Assembly (NCBI GenBank): GCA_963740535.1
Contig: CAVUEI010000002.1
Span: 59,743-123,742, forward strand
Reading direction: 5' to 3'
Source: an uncultured Acidimicrobiaceae bacterium
GTDB lineage: Bacteria > Actinomycetota > Acidimicrobiia > Acidimicrobiales > RAAP-2
DNA: 64,000 nucleotides
Made by a program: the position numbers and the translations under genes. Every line of letters begins with the position of its first letter. The first letter of the stretch is position 1. Below the pieces are notes generated by a model. That model was not told where the DNA came from and did not search any database. It saw only the letters and a program-made list of their open reading frames with translations. Below, piece by piece: positions 1 to 11,044 of the stretch.

Positions 1-1565
1 GACGACCTGGCGGTCCGGTTGATCCCGCCCGCGTTCACCCTGGGCGTCTCGGACGGCCAGCTCAACGGCACGCCGCAGATGCGCTTCTCCCTGGTCGGGC
101 GCGAGCTCGTCCACGACGTCGCCGACGTGCACCTGGCCGCCAACGGCGTCGCCGGGCTGGTTGCCGTCGTGGCGTGCGACAAGCCCCCGGTCGGGACCGT
201 CGCCGCCGTGCTCGAGAACAACACGCCCGCGGTCATCATCTCCGACGGCCCGATCAGGCCCGGGATCGATCCCGAGACGGGTGCGCGGATCGACCTGGTG
301 TCGGCCTTCCAGGTCGCCGACCAGGACGACGAGGTCCGCGCCCGCTACGCCCTGCACGCCTGCCCCGGCCAGGGCAGCTGCGGGGGCATGTTCACCTACA
401 ACACCATGCAGACCTTCATCGCCGTGCTCGGCCTCGAGCCACTGCACATGGTGTCCCCGCCCTCGGACGATCCGCGCCGGCTGAACGAGTTCCCCGATCA
501 GGCGGTCGACTGCCTGCTCGTCATGACGAGCCGGGGCATCGGGCCGCGCGACATCGTGACGCCCGCCGTCGCTGCGCAACGCCCTGACGGTCGCGGCGGC
601 GATGGGCGGGTCGACCAACGTGCTGCTGCACAGCGTCGAGATCGCCCGCGCCGCCGGCATCGACCTCTGGGACGAGGTCATGAGCCAGGAGGACTTCAAC
701 CAGCTGGCGCGGCGATTGCCGGTGCTGGTCAACATGCGACCGTTCGGTGACTACTCCATGGTGGACGTGGACGCCAAGGGCGGGCTGCAGGTCATCGCCA
801 ACGAGCTCCTCGCCGCCGGCTTCCTCGACGGCGACACGCTCACCTGCACCGGCGAGACCCTGGCCGAGCAGCTCGGACGGCTGGCGCCGCCGCCTCCCGA
901 TCAGGACGTGATCTACGCGGTCGAGAAGCCCTTCAAGGAGACCGGCGGCCTCCGCCTGCTCCGCGGCAACCTCGCTCCCGACGGTGGGGCGATCCTCAAG
1001 GTCGCCGGCGTCGAGGGCGGAGTGAAGGACGGCGTCTTCACCGGCCGCGCCCGTGTGTTCAACGGCGAACGCTCCCTCGATTGACGCCCTCGACGGGCAG
1101 CCCGACAGCTTTCAGGACAACGACATGGTGGTGATCCGCTACGAAGGTCCCCGGGGCGCACCGGGCATGCCCGAGCTCCTCGATCCCACCTCGCGGATCA
1201 CCGCCCTCTGCCGCCAGCGGCACATCACCATCGCCCTGATGACGGACGCCCGCTTCTCGGGGGGGTCGGTGGGCCTGGTCATCGGCCACGTGGCCCCCGA
1301 GGCGCTCCTCGGCGGGCCGATCGCGCTCGTCCAAGACGGGGACACCGTCGTGGTCGACCTGACGACCGATCGCCTCGACTGCGTGCAACTCGACGATCCC
1401 GACGAGCTCGAGCGACGGAGCGCGGCCTGGCGGGCGGCGGTCGAGGGCAACGGCGGCGTCCACCCGGACGCCGTGGCGGTGACGGACCGGGTGCTGGCGC
1501 GGATGCGGGCGACGGCGCTCCCCGCCCTCCTCGGCGGGGGCATGGCGACACCGTCGCCGACGTGA
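1..1565 (+). pseudogene. ilvD: IlvD/Edd-family dihydroxy-acid dehydratase, 5' end off-window, reading frame broken twice (indel error or pseudogene)
   Basis: ORF-track pieces 19-750, 602-1084 and 1053-1565 lie in three frames but read on as one dehydratase ([58 protein letters not shown]). Frame changes fall near 590 and 1075. The gene is adjacent to ilvBNC. Confidence 0.8.
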
Positions 1566-1913
1566 TCACATCCCCTTGACGAGCCCGACCACGTTCCCCT
1601 GGGGGTCGGCGAACATGGCGACCGAGGGGCCGCCGGGGATGTCCGTCGGCTCCTGCACCGTCTTGCCGCCGAGCGCCTCGGCCTTGTCCAGGCTGGCCCG
1701 CAGGTCGTCGGTGTCGACGTAGAAGGTGACGAGCGTGGTCCCGTCCTCGCTCGGGCCCACACCACCGCCGATGCCGGGCGACGTCGGCTGGACCAAGCCG
1801 TAGTGCATCGGGTTGTCGGCGTCGATCTCCCAGCCGAAGAGGTCGGCGTAGTACTTCTGGAGGGCGGCGCCGTCGGGGGCGAGGATCTCGAAGTGCACCA
1901 CTGCGTGTCCCAT
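1566..1913 (-). CDS. VOC (glyoxalase/bleomycin-resistance fold) family protein
   Basis: Intact 115-aa ORF with VOC-like ends ([10 protein letters not shown]... and ...[15 protein letters not shown]). Convergent with ilvD. Confidence 0.7.
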   Translation of the reverse strand: MGHAVVHFEILAPDGAALQKYYADLFGWEIDADNPMHYGLVQPTSPGIGGGVGPSEDGTTLVTFYVDTDDLRASLDKAEALGGKTVQEPTDIPGGPSVAMFADPQGNVVGLVKGM

Positions 1914-2058
1914 GTGGGTTCTCCTCTCGGGGCGTGGCCGCCACCCAGCGCGGCGGCCTCAGAGCCCATACCCCGAGGGTGTCCCGTCGATGTGACGTCA
2001 CCCCGCCGGGAGGAGCCGGGTTGTCGGGGGGCGGCGGGCATGCCACAATGGAGGCCTC

Positions 2059-2106
2059 ATGCAGGCACGCAGCTTCCGACCCGAGATTCTGGTACTCGTA
2101 ACGTAG
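2059..2106 (+). CDS. ilvB leader peptide [15 protein letters not shown]
   Basis: SD GGAGG at 2050-2054 lies 4 nt before the ATG. The 15-codon ORF ends in Ile-Leu-Val-Leu-Val-Thr, and hairpins follow the stop directly. Confidence 0.6.
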   Translation: MQARSFRPEILVLVT

Positions 2107-2137
2107 GCGCGCGCCCACATCGCACCGCGCGCCGCTC

Positions 2138-2171
2138 GACCTCCCACAACCGGGGGGTCGTTTCAATTTCC
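2138..2171 (+). terminator. Attenuator terminator of the ilvB leader
   Basis: GACCTCCC (2138-2145) pairs with GGGGGGTC (2152-2159) with one G-U pair, followed by the tail GTTTCAATTTCC. It is preceded by a perfect 8-bp hairpin, GGCGCGCG 2106-2113 / CGCGCGCC 2126-2133. Confidence 0.55.
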
Positions 2172-2228
2172 GGACCGATTCGAGATGACAACGCACAGGC
2201 AGCAGCACCAGCGGAACAGGGGAACCAC

Positions 2229-3956
2229 ATGCAGATGACAGGGGCCCAGGCCCTCATCAAGAGCCTCGAGATGCAGGGCGTCGACGTGATGTTCGGCCTG
2301 CCCGGCGGCGCCATCCTGCCCGTCTACGACCCCATCATCGACTCGTCCATCCGCCACATCCTGGTCCGCCACGAACAGGGCGCCGGGCACATGGCCGAGG
2401 GCTACGCCATGGTCACCGGCAAGCCCGGCGTGGCGATGGTGACGAGCGGCCCCGGCGCCACCAACATCGTCACGCCCCTGGCGAACGCCTACATGGATTC
2501 GACCCCGCTCGTCGTGGTCTCGGGCCAGGTGGCGACCGGCTCCATCGGCACCGACGCCTTCCAGGAGTGCGACATCACCGGCGTCACCATGGGCATCACG
2601 AAGCACAACTGGCTCATCAAGGACGTCCAGGACATCCCGCGCGTGGTCGCCGCCGCGTTCCACGTCGCCACCACCGGGCGGCCGGGCCCGGTGCTCATCG
2701 ACCTCCCCAAGGACATCTCCAACGCCCCGATGGAGTGGTACTGGCCGTCCTCGGTCGAAGAGCTCGACCTGCCGGGCTATCACCCCGTCACCTTCGGCGA
2801 CCCGGTGCTGGTGGGCCAGGCGGCCGAGTTGATCGCCGCCGCGCACCGGCCCGTGCTCTACGTCGGCGGCGGGGTCCTCAAGGCACGGGCCGCCGAGGCG
2901 CTGCGGGCGCTGGCCGACCGCACCGGCATCCCGGTGGTGACGACGCTGATGGCGCGGGGCGCCTTCCCCGACTCGCACCCCCATGCGCTCGGCATGCCCG
3001 GGATGCACGGCCACTACACCGCGGTCACGGCCATGCAGCGCAGCGACCTCCTCGTCAGCCTCGGGGCGCGCTTCGACGACCGGGTGACGGGCAAGATCAG
3101 CGCCTTCGCGCCCGAGGCCAAGATCATCCACGTCGACATCGACCCGGCCGAGCTGGGCAAGGTGCGGGTGCCCGACGTCGGGATCGCCGGTGACTGCCGG
3201 CGGGTGATCGAGGAGCTCCTGCTCGCCATGGACGCCCGTGGCGACCAGCCGGTGGTCCAGGACCTCGCACCGTGGTGGAAGCAGATCAACGAGTGGCGGG
3301 AGCGCTTCCCCCTCCACTACGCCGAGAGCGACGGGGGCGCCATCAAGCCCCAGAACGTCGTGGAGCAGCTGCGCGACGCGGCGCCGGTCGACACCGTGGT
3401 CGTGGCCGGGGTGGGGCAGCACCAGATGTGGGCGTCGCAGTACTGGAACTTCGAGCACCCCTACACGTGGGTGAACTCGGGCGGCGCCGGCACCATGGGC
3501 TTCGCCGTGCCGGCCGCCATCGGGGCCAAGGTCGGACGTCCGGACCGCACCGTGTGGGCCATCGACGGCGACGGCTGCTTCCAGATGACGGCGCAGGAGC
3601 TCGTCACGGCGAGCGCCGAGCAGATCCCGGTGAAGATCGCCATCCTCAACAACGCCTACCTGGGCATGGTCCGCCAGTGGCAGGAGATGTTCTACGGGGA
3701 GCGCTATTCGGAGGTCTATCTCTCGCCCGACCTGCCCGACTACGTCATGTGGGCCGAGGCCATGGGCTGCGTGGGGATCCGTGCCGAGTCGCCCGAGGAC
3801 GTCGGGCCCGCCATTGAGAAGGCCAATTCGATCGACGACCGCCCCGTGGTGGTCGACTTCCGCACCGACGCCTTCGAGAAGGTCTTTCCCATGGTGGCCG
3901 CCGGCTCGTCCAACGACGACATCGTGGTGCACCCCGACCTGCTGGCGCCCCGATGA
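2229..3956 (+). CDS. ilvB: Acetolactate synthase large (catalytic) subunit
   Basis: Begins [30 protein letters not shown]-enzyme motifs are present ([31 protein letters not shown]). Overlaps ilvN by 4 nt. Confidence 0.93.
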   Translation: MQMTGAQALIKSLEMQGVDVMFGLPGGAILPVYDPIIDSSIRHILVRHEQGAGHMAEGYAMVTGKPGVAMVTSGPGATNIVTPLANAYMDSTPLVVVSGQVATGSIGTDAFQECDITGVTMGITKHNWLIKDVQDIPRVVAAAFHVATTGRPGPVLIDLPKDISNAPMEWYWPSSVEELDLPGYHPVTFGDPVLVGQAAELIAAAHRPVLYVGGGVLKARAAEALRALADRTGIPVVTTLMARGAFPDSHPHALGMPGMHGHYTAVTAMQRSDLLVSLGARFDDRVTGKISAFAPEAKIIHVDIDPAELGKVRVPDVGIAGDCRRVIEELLLAMDARGDQPVVQDLAPWWKQINEWRERFPLHYAESDGGAIKPQNVVEQLRDAAPVDTVVVAGVGQHQMWASQYWNFEHPYTWVNSGGAGTMGFAVPAAIGAKVGRPDRTVWAIDGDGCFQMTAQELVTASAEQIPVKIAILNNAYLGMVRQWQEMFYGERYSEVYLSPDLPDYVMWAEAMGCVGIRAESPEDVGPAIEKANSIDDRPVVVDFRTDAFEKVFPMVAAGSSNDDIVVHPDLLAPR

Positions 3957-4492
3957 CGCCGGCCCAGCTGAGCGCGCTGGCGGGTGGCAAGGCGGCGGCG
4001 CCGCCGCGCCACCACATCCTCTCGGTGCTGGTGGAGAACAAGGCGGGGGTCCTGGCCCGCGTCGCCGGGCTCTTCAGCCGCCGCGGCTTCAACATCTACT
4101 CGTTGGCCGTCGCCCCGACCGACGAGGACGAGCACCTGAGCCGCATCACCATCGTGGTGGACGTGGAGTCGGCCCCGTTGGAGCAGGTGATCATGCAGCT
4201 CGACAAGCTCATCAACGTGGTGTCGATCGGCGAGCTCTCGCCGGCGGAGGCCGTCGAGCGTGAGCTCGTGCTGGTGACGGTGGCGGTGGGCCCGACCGAG
4301 CGGTCGCAGGTCATTCAGCTGGTGGGCGTCTTCGGGGGCGAGGTCGTGAGCGTCGGCGCGGACCGACTGACCGTCATGCTGGCGGGGCGGCCGGAGAAGA
4401 TCGACGACTTCGAGGGCCTGCTGGAGCACTACACCGTGGTCGAGCTCCAACGGACGGGACGGGTCGCACTGCCTAAGCTGGACCGCCACTGA
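3953..4492 (+). CDS. ilvN: Acetolactate synthase small (regulatory) subunit
   Basis: 179 aa with an ACT-domain pattern ([33 protein letters not shown]). Start overlaps the ilvB stop. Confidence 0.9.
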   Translation: MTPAQLSALAGGKAAAPPRHHILSVLVENKAGVLARVAGLFSRRGFNIYSLAVAPTDEDEHLSRITIVVDVESAPLEQVIMQLDKLINVVSIGELSPAEAVERELVLVTVAVGPTERSQVIQLVGVFGGEVVSVGADRLTVMLAGRPEKIDDFEGLLEHYTVVELQRTGRVALPKLDRH

Positions 4493-5620
<1,128 letters not shown>

Positions 5621-5663
5621 TAGGCGGCTGACCAGCGGTTTCTTCCGCCGTCACCGAAGACTG

Positions 5664-5701
5664 TTGACATGACATCAGAGTGATGTCAAAGTGACATCAT
5701 G
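5664..5701 (+). promoter_or_regulatory. Promoter with a triple 8-bp box operator, TGACATCA / TGATGTCA / TGACATCA
   Basis: TTGACA at 5664-5669. Boxes at 5670-5677, 5681-5688 (inverted) and 5692-5699 have starts exactly 11 nt apart. The last box abuts the ATG at 5699. Confidence 0.55.
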
Positions 5702-6153
5702 AAGATGTCACTGGTGGTGGACGGGCTGCGCTCGGACGTGGTGGCGGTGGGCGACCTGGGCGACGACGCCGTGGCCGAGGCCGCCGAGCGCATCGCCGCC
5801 GTGCTGGAGCGGTCCGTCCCGGCCCGAGTCCTCGACCTGCTCTCGGACGCGGCGGCCGAGCTCTCCGCCGAGCTGCCCGAGGGCAGGGTGGAGATCCGCG
5901 TCGCCGGCGACGACGTCGCGCTGGCCTACGTGGGGGACGAGCACGGGCCGGGTCCCGAGCCCGATGCCGAGCTGTCGGCCCGCATCACCCTGCGCCTGGG
6001 CGAGGGGCTGAAGGCGCGGGTGGAGGAGGGCGCGTCGGGGAGGGGGTCTCGGTGAACACCTTCATCGTGCGCACGCTGGAGCGCGCCCTGTCGACGTTGA
6101 AGAGCCGGAGCGGCCGCACGGGCAACCGCCTGCGCGGCTACGGCACGACCTGA
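5699..6153 (+). pseudogene. Ribbon-helix-helix (HicB-antitoxin-like C-terminus) DNA-binding protein, frame shift near 6040
   Basis: The 118-aa ORF ends in ...SARITLRLGEGLKARVEEGAS. The next frame continues GVSVNTFIVRTLERAL...GYGTT* (stop 6151-6153), which completes an RHH motif. Confidence 0.5.
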
Positions 6154-6164
6154 GAGGAGAAGAG

Positions 6165-7038
6165 ATGGAGAAGACCTTCGAGACACCCGGGACGGTGCGG
6201 CTCGACGTCGAGAACGGGGTCGGGCTGGTGGCGATCACCGCCACCGCGAATGGAGACGACCGTGGTCTCGCTCACGGCCGAGACCTCGGGGGCGGACGAG
6301 CTCGTCGAACGGGCGGTGGTCGAGTGCCGCCCCGCCGGGAACGGTCACGCCGTCGTCGTGAAGATCCCCAAGCTGCACGGGATGCGGTTCATCCGTCGCA
6401 ACGCCGTCACCGTGCGGGTCGAGCTGCCCGTCGGCAGCGACGTCAACGTGATGACGGCGTCGGCCGACGTCGAGATCACCGGCCCGATAGGACGGGCGGA
6501 CCTGACCTCGTCGAGCGGGGACATCTCCACCGACGACATCGCCGCCGACGTGACCGCCAAGACGGCCAGCGGGGACATCACGCTGGGCAACGTCGGCGGC
6601 GGCCTCCGGGTCCACACCGCGTCGGGCGACCTGCGCTGCTCGGGCGTGGCCGGGAGCGCCGTCTTCGCGACCGCGTCGGGCGACCTCGAGGTCGGCGCGG
6701 CGGGGGACCGGGTCGAGGTCAAGGCGACGTCGGGGAACGTCCGGCTGGGCGAATTGGCGCAGGGGGCCCGGATCGTCAACGTCTCCGGCGACGTGCGGGT
6801 CCTCGCCATGGTCGCCGGGGTGCTGCACGTGCGCTCCGTGTCGGGGAACGTCGCGGTCGGGGTGTCGCGCGGCGTCGAGCTCGCGGTCGACGTCGAGACG
6901 ATGTCGGGCTCCGTCCACTCGGAGATCCCCCTGGACGATGCCCCGCGGCCGGGGCGCCGGGACGCGCGGGTCGAGCTGAGCGTCCGCAGCGTCTCGGGCG
7001 ACGTGGAGATCGCCCGGGCGCTCGAACAGGTCGCCTGA
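6165..7038 (+). pseudogene. DUF4097 beta-strand-repeat protein, frame shift near 6245
   Basis: MEKTFETPGTVRLDVENGVGLVAITATA (from 6165, SD gaggag upstream) joins ORF 6250-7038. That ORF carries repeated SGDI/SGDL/SGNV/SGDV strand motifs. Confidence 0.7.
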
Positions 7039-7074
7039 GGAGGGCGCCCGCCGCCGGGTTTCAGCCGCTCATTG

Positions 7075-7500
7075 TCAGTCGCGGTCGTGGTGGCACACGG
7101 CCTCGAGCATGATCCCGAAGGGGTCGAGCCAGAAGGTCGCGAAGTAGGGCGGCGGGTACTGCGGCCACTCCCGAGGGGCGTGGAGGACCGAGCCGCCGGC
7201 GGCGGTCACGTGCCGGTGGACCTCGCGCACCGCGCCGCGTGACGGGACGGTGAAGGCGAGGTGCTGCAGCCCGGTCTGCTCCCGCGCGTAGTCGCCGCGG
7301 GCGGTCGCCTCGTAGAAGAAGACGTAGGCGCCCCGCTTCCCCCCAACCGGCATGAACGCCACGGCGTCCTCGTCGGTGGGGAACGGCTCGTAGCCGAGGA
7401 GCGACATGAGGGGGCCGTAGTAGGCGGCTGCCTCCCCGAGGTCGGGGACATTGACCCCGATGTGACCGAGCACCGTACAAGTCTCGCCGCGCTGGGGCAC
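7075..7500 (-). CDS. VOC/glyoxalase family protein
   Basis: 141-aa ORF with LGHIGVNVPDL...HLAFTV...DPFGIMLE. Confidence 0.7.
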   Translation of the reverse strand: MPQRGETCTVLGHIGVNVPDLGEAAAYYGPLMSLLGYEPFPTDEDAVAFMPVGGKRGAYVFFYEATARGDYAREQTGLQHLAFTVPSRGAVREVHRHVTAAGGSVLHAPREWPQYPPPYFATFWLDPFGIMLEAVCHHDRD

Positions 7501-7555
7501 CGGGCGCGACGGGACGCCCCGCCGCTACATTCGAAAGGGATCGAAGGAGGAACCG

Positions 7556-8234
7556 GTGCAGCAGACCCGCCTCAACGAACCAGCGGAGTACGCCGAGCGG
7601 CGCGAGGAGCTCCGCCTGGCCGAGGTGGAGCTGATGCACCACCGAGAGAAGGTGGCGTCGCTCCGGCGCCAGCTGCCGCCCGGTGCCCTGGTGGAGGACT
7701 ACGAGTTCCTGGAGGGCCCGCGTCGACCTGGCGGACGGGAACGAACCGGTGCGCAGGGTGCGGCTGAGCGAGCTCTTCACGGACCCGAGGCGGGCACTCG
7801 TCGTCCAGCACGTCATGTACGGGAAGCTCCAGACGACGCCGTGCCCGATGTGCACCATGTGGATCGACGGCCTCAACGGCGTCGTCCGCCATATCAGCCA
7901 GAACGCCGACTTCGTGGTGGCCGCCGCGGCCGACCCCCCGACGCTGCGCGCCCATGCCCGCCGGCGCGGGTGGGACCAGGTCCGCCTCCTCAGCTGTGGC
8001 GACAGCACGTTCCAGTACGACCTGGCCGCCGAGGACGAGGCCGGCGCGCAGGACTCGACCGTCTCGGTCTTCACCCTCGACCCCGACGGGACGCCGCGCC
8101 ACTTCTACACCTGCCATCCGCACATGGCCGAGGACATCCCCGAGCGGGGCATCGACCTGCTCTCCCCGGTCTGGAACCTGCTGGACCTCACGCCGCACGG
8201 GCGCGGCGACTGGTACGCCGGCCTGGACTACTGA
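7556..8234 (+). pseudogene. DUF899 thioredoxin-like protein, frame shift near 7725
   Basis: MQQTRLNEPAEYAERREELRLAEVELMHHREKVASLRRQLPPGALVEDYEFLEGP continues in ORF 7683-8234 (...CPMCTMWIDGLNG...DLTPHGRGDWYAGLDY). Confidence 0.75.
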
Positions 8235-8235
8235 G

Positions 8236-8578
8236 GTGCCCTTCGTCCGCCCCTCCGACATGCTTGCCGGAGAGCCCCTTCCCGGGTGGAGCGGCCGCTT
8301 CTTCCATTCGGCCTCCATGACGTTCGCCCACTACGACATCGCAGCGGGCGCGGCGCCGCTCCACGAGCACCACCACGAGCAGGAAGAGGTGTGGCACGTC
8401 GTCGATGGAGAGGTGGCGATCTCCATCGGGGGCGAGGAGCAGGTGCTCGGCGCCGGCGACGTCGCGGTGGTGCCCGCCCGGGACGCCCCATTCCGTCCGA
8501 CCACTTGGTGCCTGCCGAGCGATCATCGCGGACCACCCGTTGCGCCCCGACCTACCCGGCCGACCCCGCCAGACGTAG
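8236..8578 (+). pseudogene. Cupin-domain protein, frame shift near 8475
   Basis: FAHYDIAAGAAPLHEHHHEQEEVWHVVDGEVAISIGGEE...VVPA is followed, in the next frame, by GTPHSVRPLGACRAIIADHPLRPDLPG...* (stop 8576-8578). There is an extra C in gccCggg. Confidence 0.6.
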
Positions 8579-8609
8579 CCCGCGCCGGGCGCGGCCACCG
8601 CGCGCCCGC

Positions 8610-10325
8610 ATGCCGGGAAGACTGTCGCCCGTGCGGCGTCGATGGCCCCGGCTCGTGCCCGCCCTGATCGTCGTCGGGGCGATCCTCGTCCTCACGGGCG
8701 CGCCGGGCACCGGGACGGCCTCGACGGCCTCGACCGTGTCGGCCCTGCCCACGCTGCAGTCGCCGATCGTCGCCGGCTCCGGCCCCGAAGGCGGCTCGGC
8801 CACGGCACCGGGCCCCATCTCCGCCCGCGGGGGCCCCTACCTCTACGACCGCCAGGGGCGCGTCGTCTTCTTCCACGGCGTCAACGCCGTCTACAAGCAC
8901 CCGCCGTACGTGCTCTTCCCCGCCCCGGGCAAGCCGTGGAACTTCTCCGCCGCCGACGCCTCCCTCATGGCGAGGCTCGGCTTCAACGTGGTGCGCCTGG
9001 GGATGACCTGGAGCGGCCTGGAGCCGGGCACGGCCCGGGCCAACGACCCCGCCATCTGCGGCGCCGGCAGCCCGACCGATCCGCACCAGTTCAACCAGGC
9101 CGTCTTGAACCGTTACGTGGCGCGGCTCCGGACCACCGTGAACCTCCTCGGCCGCTTCCACATCCGCACCATCCTGGACATGCACCAGGACGTCTACAAC
9201 CAGATGTTCGACGGCGAGGGAGCGCCGGCGTGGGCGGTGTGCACCGACGGACTGCCGAGTGTGGACCCGCCGGGACGATGGTCCCTCTCCTACGCCAGCA
9301 AGGCCGCCGGCATCGCCTTCCACCATTTCTGGACCAACGACGTCCAGGGTGACCTGCAGGGCGAGTACGACCGCGTCTGGGGCGATGTCGCCCGCGCCTT
9401 CCGGGGGAACCCCTGGGTCCTCGGCTACGACCCGTTCAACGAGCCCTTCTCCACCTCGCTCGTCCGCTTCGGGGACGAGCACTTCGACGCGCAGCTCGAG
9501 TGCTTCTACACGGGCACGGACCACATCGGCACCCCGTTGCACGGTGCGCCCGCGCTCCAGTGCCCGTCGACCGACCCCGCCAACGGCGTGATCCCCGCCA
9601 TCCTGGCCGGCGACCCCACCCACCTGATCTTCGACGAGCCCGACAACTACGCCAGCCGCGGGCTCCCGACCTATTTGGGTCCGATGAACCTGCGCAACCT
9701 CGTCTTCAACGTCCACATCTACTGCCGCGCCCGCAGCCCGGTGACGGGCAATCCGACCAATGTCTCGACCTGCGCCCGTCAGGACGCGCGCTCGCTCGGG
9801 AGGCGGGGCGAGGACCGCCCCGAAATGGCTTCCGCTGCCCAGCCCGGCGGTCCGGCGTGGTTCGTCACCGAGTTCGGCGCCACGAGCAGCCCCGGACTCC
9901 TGGCGAACATCACGTCGAACATGGACGGGCGGGAGGTCGGGTGGACCTACTGGGACTGGAAGTACTACGCCGACCCGACCGGGAGCGCCGCCGAGTCTCT
10001 CGTGATGGCCGACGGTCGCCTGCGCTCGACGGCCCGCGTGCTCAGTCGCACCTATCCCCAGGCGGTCGCGGGCGTCCCCATCTCGTTCCACTTCTCGCCG
10101 TCGACCGGTGTGTTCCATATGGCCTACGTGCCCGACCACCGCATCCACGCGCCGACCCTCATCTTCGTGCCGACCGAGATCCACTACCCCCACGGCTACT
10201 GCGTGCGCACCACCGGCGCGCGGGAGACGTCGGCGCCGGGCAGCGACCTGCTCCAGGTGAAGAACGCCCGGTCCGGGCACCGGGTGACCGTGACCGTCAC
10301 CCCCGGGCGCTGCGTGGACCGCTAG
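8610..10325 (+). CDS. Secreted glycoside hydrolase family 5 (endoglycoceramidase/cellulase-like)
   Basis: Signal-like N-terminus MPGRLSPVRRRWPRLVPALIVVGAILVLTGAPG. GH5 motifs are present (GFNVVRLGMTWSGLEPG, GYDPFNEPF, WFVTEFGAT). Confidence 0.75.
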   Translation: MPGRLSPVRRRWPRLVPALIVVGAILVLTGAPGTGTASTASTVSALPTLQSPIVAGSGPEGGSATAPGPISARGGPYLYDRQGRVVFFHGVNAVYKHPPYVLFPAPGKPWNFSAADASLMARLGFNVVRLGMTWSGLEPGTARANDPAICGAGSPTDPHQFNQAVLNRYVARLRTTVNLLGRFHIRTILDMHQDVYNQMFDGEGAPAWAVCTDGLPSVDPPGRWSLSYASKAAGIAFHHFWTNDVQGDLQGEYDRVWGDVARAFRGNPWVLGYDPFNEPFSTSLVRFGDEHFDAQLECFYTGTDHIGTPLHGAPALQCPSTDPANGVIPAILAGDPTHLIFDEPDNYASRGLPTYLGPMNLRNLVFNVHIYCRARSPVTGNPTNVSTCARQDARSLGRRGEDRPEMASAAQPGGPAWFVTEFGATSSPGLLANITSNMDGREVGWTYWDWKYYADPTGSAAESLVMADGRLRSTARVLSRTYPQAVAGVPISFHFSPSTGVFHMAYVPDHRIHAPTLIFVPTEIHYPHGYCVRTTGARETSAPGSDLLQVKNARSGHRVTVTVTPGRCVDR

Positions 10326-10376
10326 GAGCGGCCCCGGGGTTGGGGGTCTCCGGAGCTGGCACGTAGGGTGACGGGC

Positions 10377-10640
10377 ATGTGCCGGAACATCACCACCCTG
10401 CGCGGGCTCGAGCCCGTCGCCACGCCCGAGGAGATCGAGGCGGCCGCCCGTCAGTACGTCCGCAAGGTCAGCGGCGTGCAGTCGACGTCACCGCAGACGG
10501 AGCAAGCCTTCGAGCATGCGGTGACGCTGATCGCCGAGGCGACCATGAACCTGTTGGATGCGCTCCCGCCCCGTCGGCAACCCCCGCCGACGCTGCCCCC
10601 GCTGCGCAGGATCGCGGCGAAGGCGACCGCGTCCAGCTGA
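10377..10640 (+). CDS. DUF2277 family protein
   Basis: MCRNITTLRGLEPVATPEEIEAAARQYVRKVSG matches the family N-terminus as I remember it. The ORF-track start at 10368 is an upstream GTG. Confidence 0.6.
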   Translation: MCRNITTLRGLEPVATPEEIEAAARQYVRKVSGVQSTSPQTEQAFEHAVTLIAEATMNLLDALPPRRQPPPTLPPLRRIAAKATASS

Positions 10641-10647
10641 ATATCCC

Positions 10648-10686
10648 TTGACAGTTATATACTGTCAGGAGAATACTAGCTGGGTG
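10648..10686 (+). promoter_or_regulatory. Promoter plus perfect 7-5-7 palindrome (ArsR operator candidate)
   Basis: TTGACA 10648-10653. TGACAGT-tatat-ACTGTCA spans 10649-10667. AATACT at 10672-10677 lies 7 nt before the GTG at 10684, implying a leaderless layout. Confidence 0.55.
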
Positions 10687-11013
10687 ACCGCCACGTTCGA
10701 GGTCCTGGCCGAAGAGAGCCGCCGCCGCATCCTCGACCTCCTGCTGGAGGAGGATCGGCCGGTCGGCGACCTGGTGCGGCACCTCTCCCTGAGCCAGCCG
10801 GCCGTCTCCAAGCATCTCAAGGTCCTGCGCAGCGCCGGCCTGGTCGAGTCGCGCGTGGACGCGCAGCGTCGGATCTACCGGGTCCGGCCCGAGCCGCTCC
10901 GCGACGTCGACGAGTGGCTGGCGCCGTACCGACGGCGCTGGGCCAGCCACCTCAACGCCCTGGAGCGCCACCTCGAGATCATGGAGGGCAGCGAGGGGGA
11001 GTCGTGGGGCTGA
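10684..11013 (+). CDS. ArsR/SmtB-family transcriptional regulator
   Basis: VTATFEVLAEESRRRILDLLLEEDRPVGDLVRHLSLSQPAVSKHLKVLRSAGLV. Confidence 0.85.
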   Translation: MTATFEVLAEESRRRILDLLLEEDRPVGDLVRHLSLSQPAVSKHLKVLRSAGLVESRVDAQRRIYRVRPEPLRDVDEWLAPYRRRWASHLNALERHLEIMEGSEGESWG

Positions 11014-11044
11014 GCGGCGCAGCGAGGGAGCGGACTCCGCCGAG

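Noticed and set aside
5699-6153. HicB-like antitoxin similarity suggested a toxin-antitoxin module.
   Set aside because: No HicA-like or other small toxin ORF is adjacent. The partner is a 290-aa DUF4097 protein. Only the RHH DNA-binding tail resembles antitoxins.
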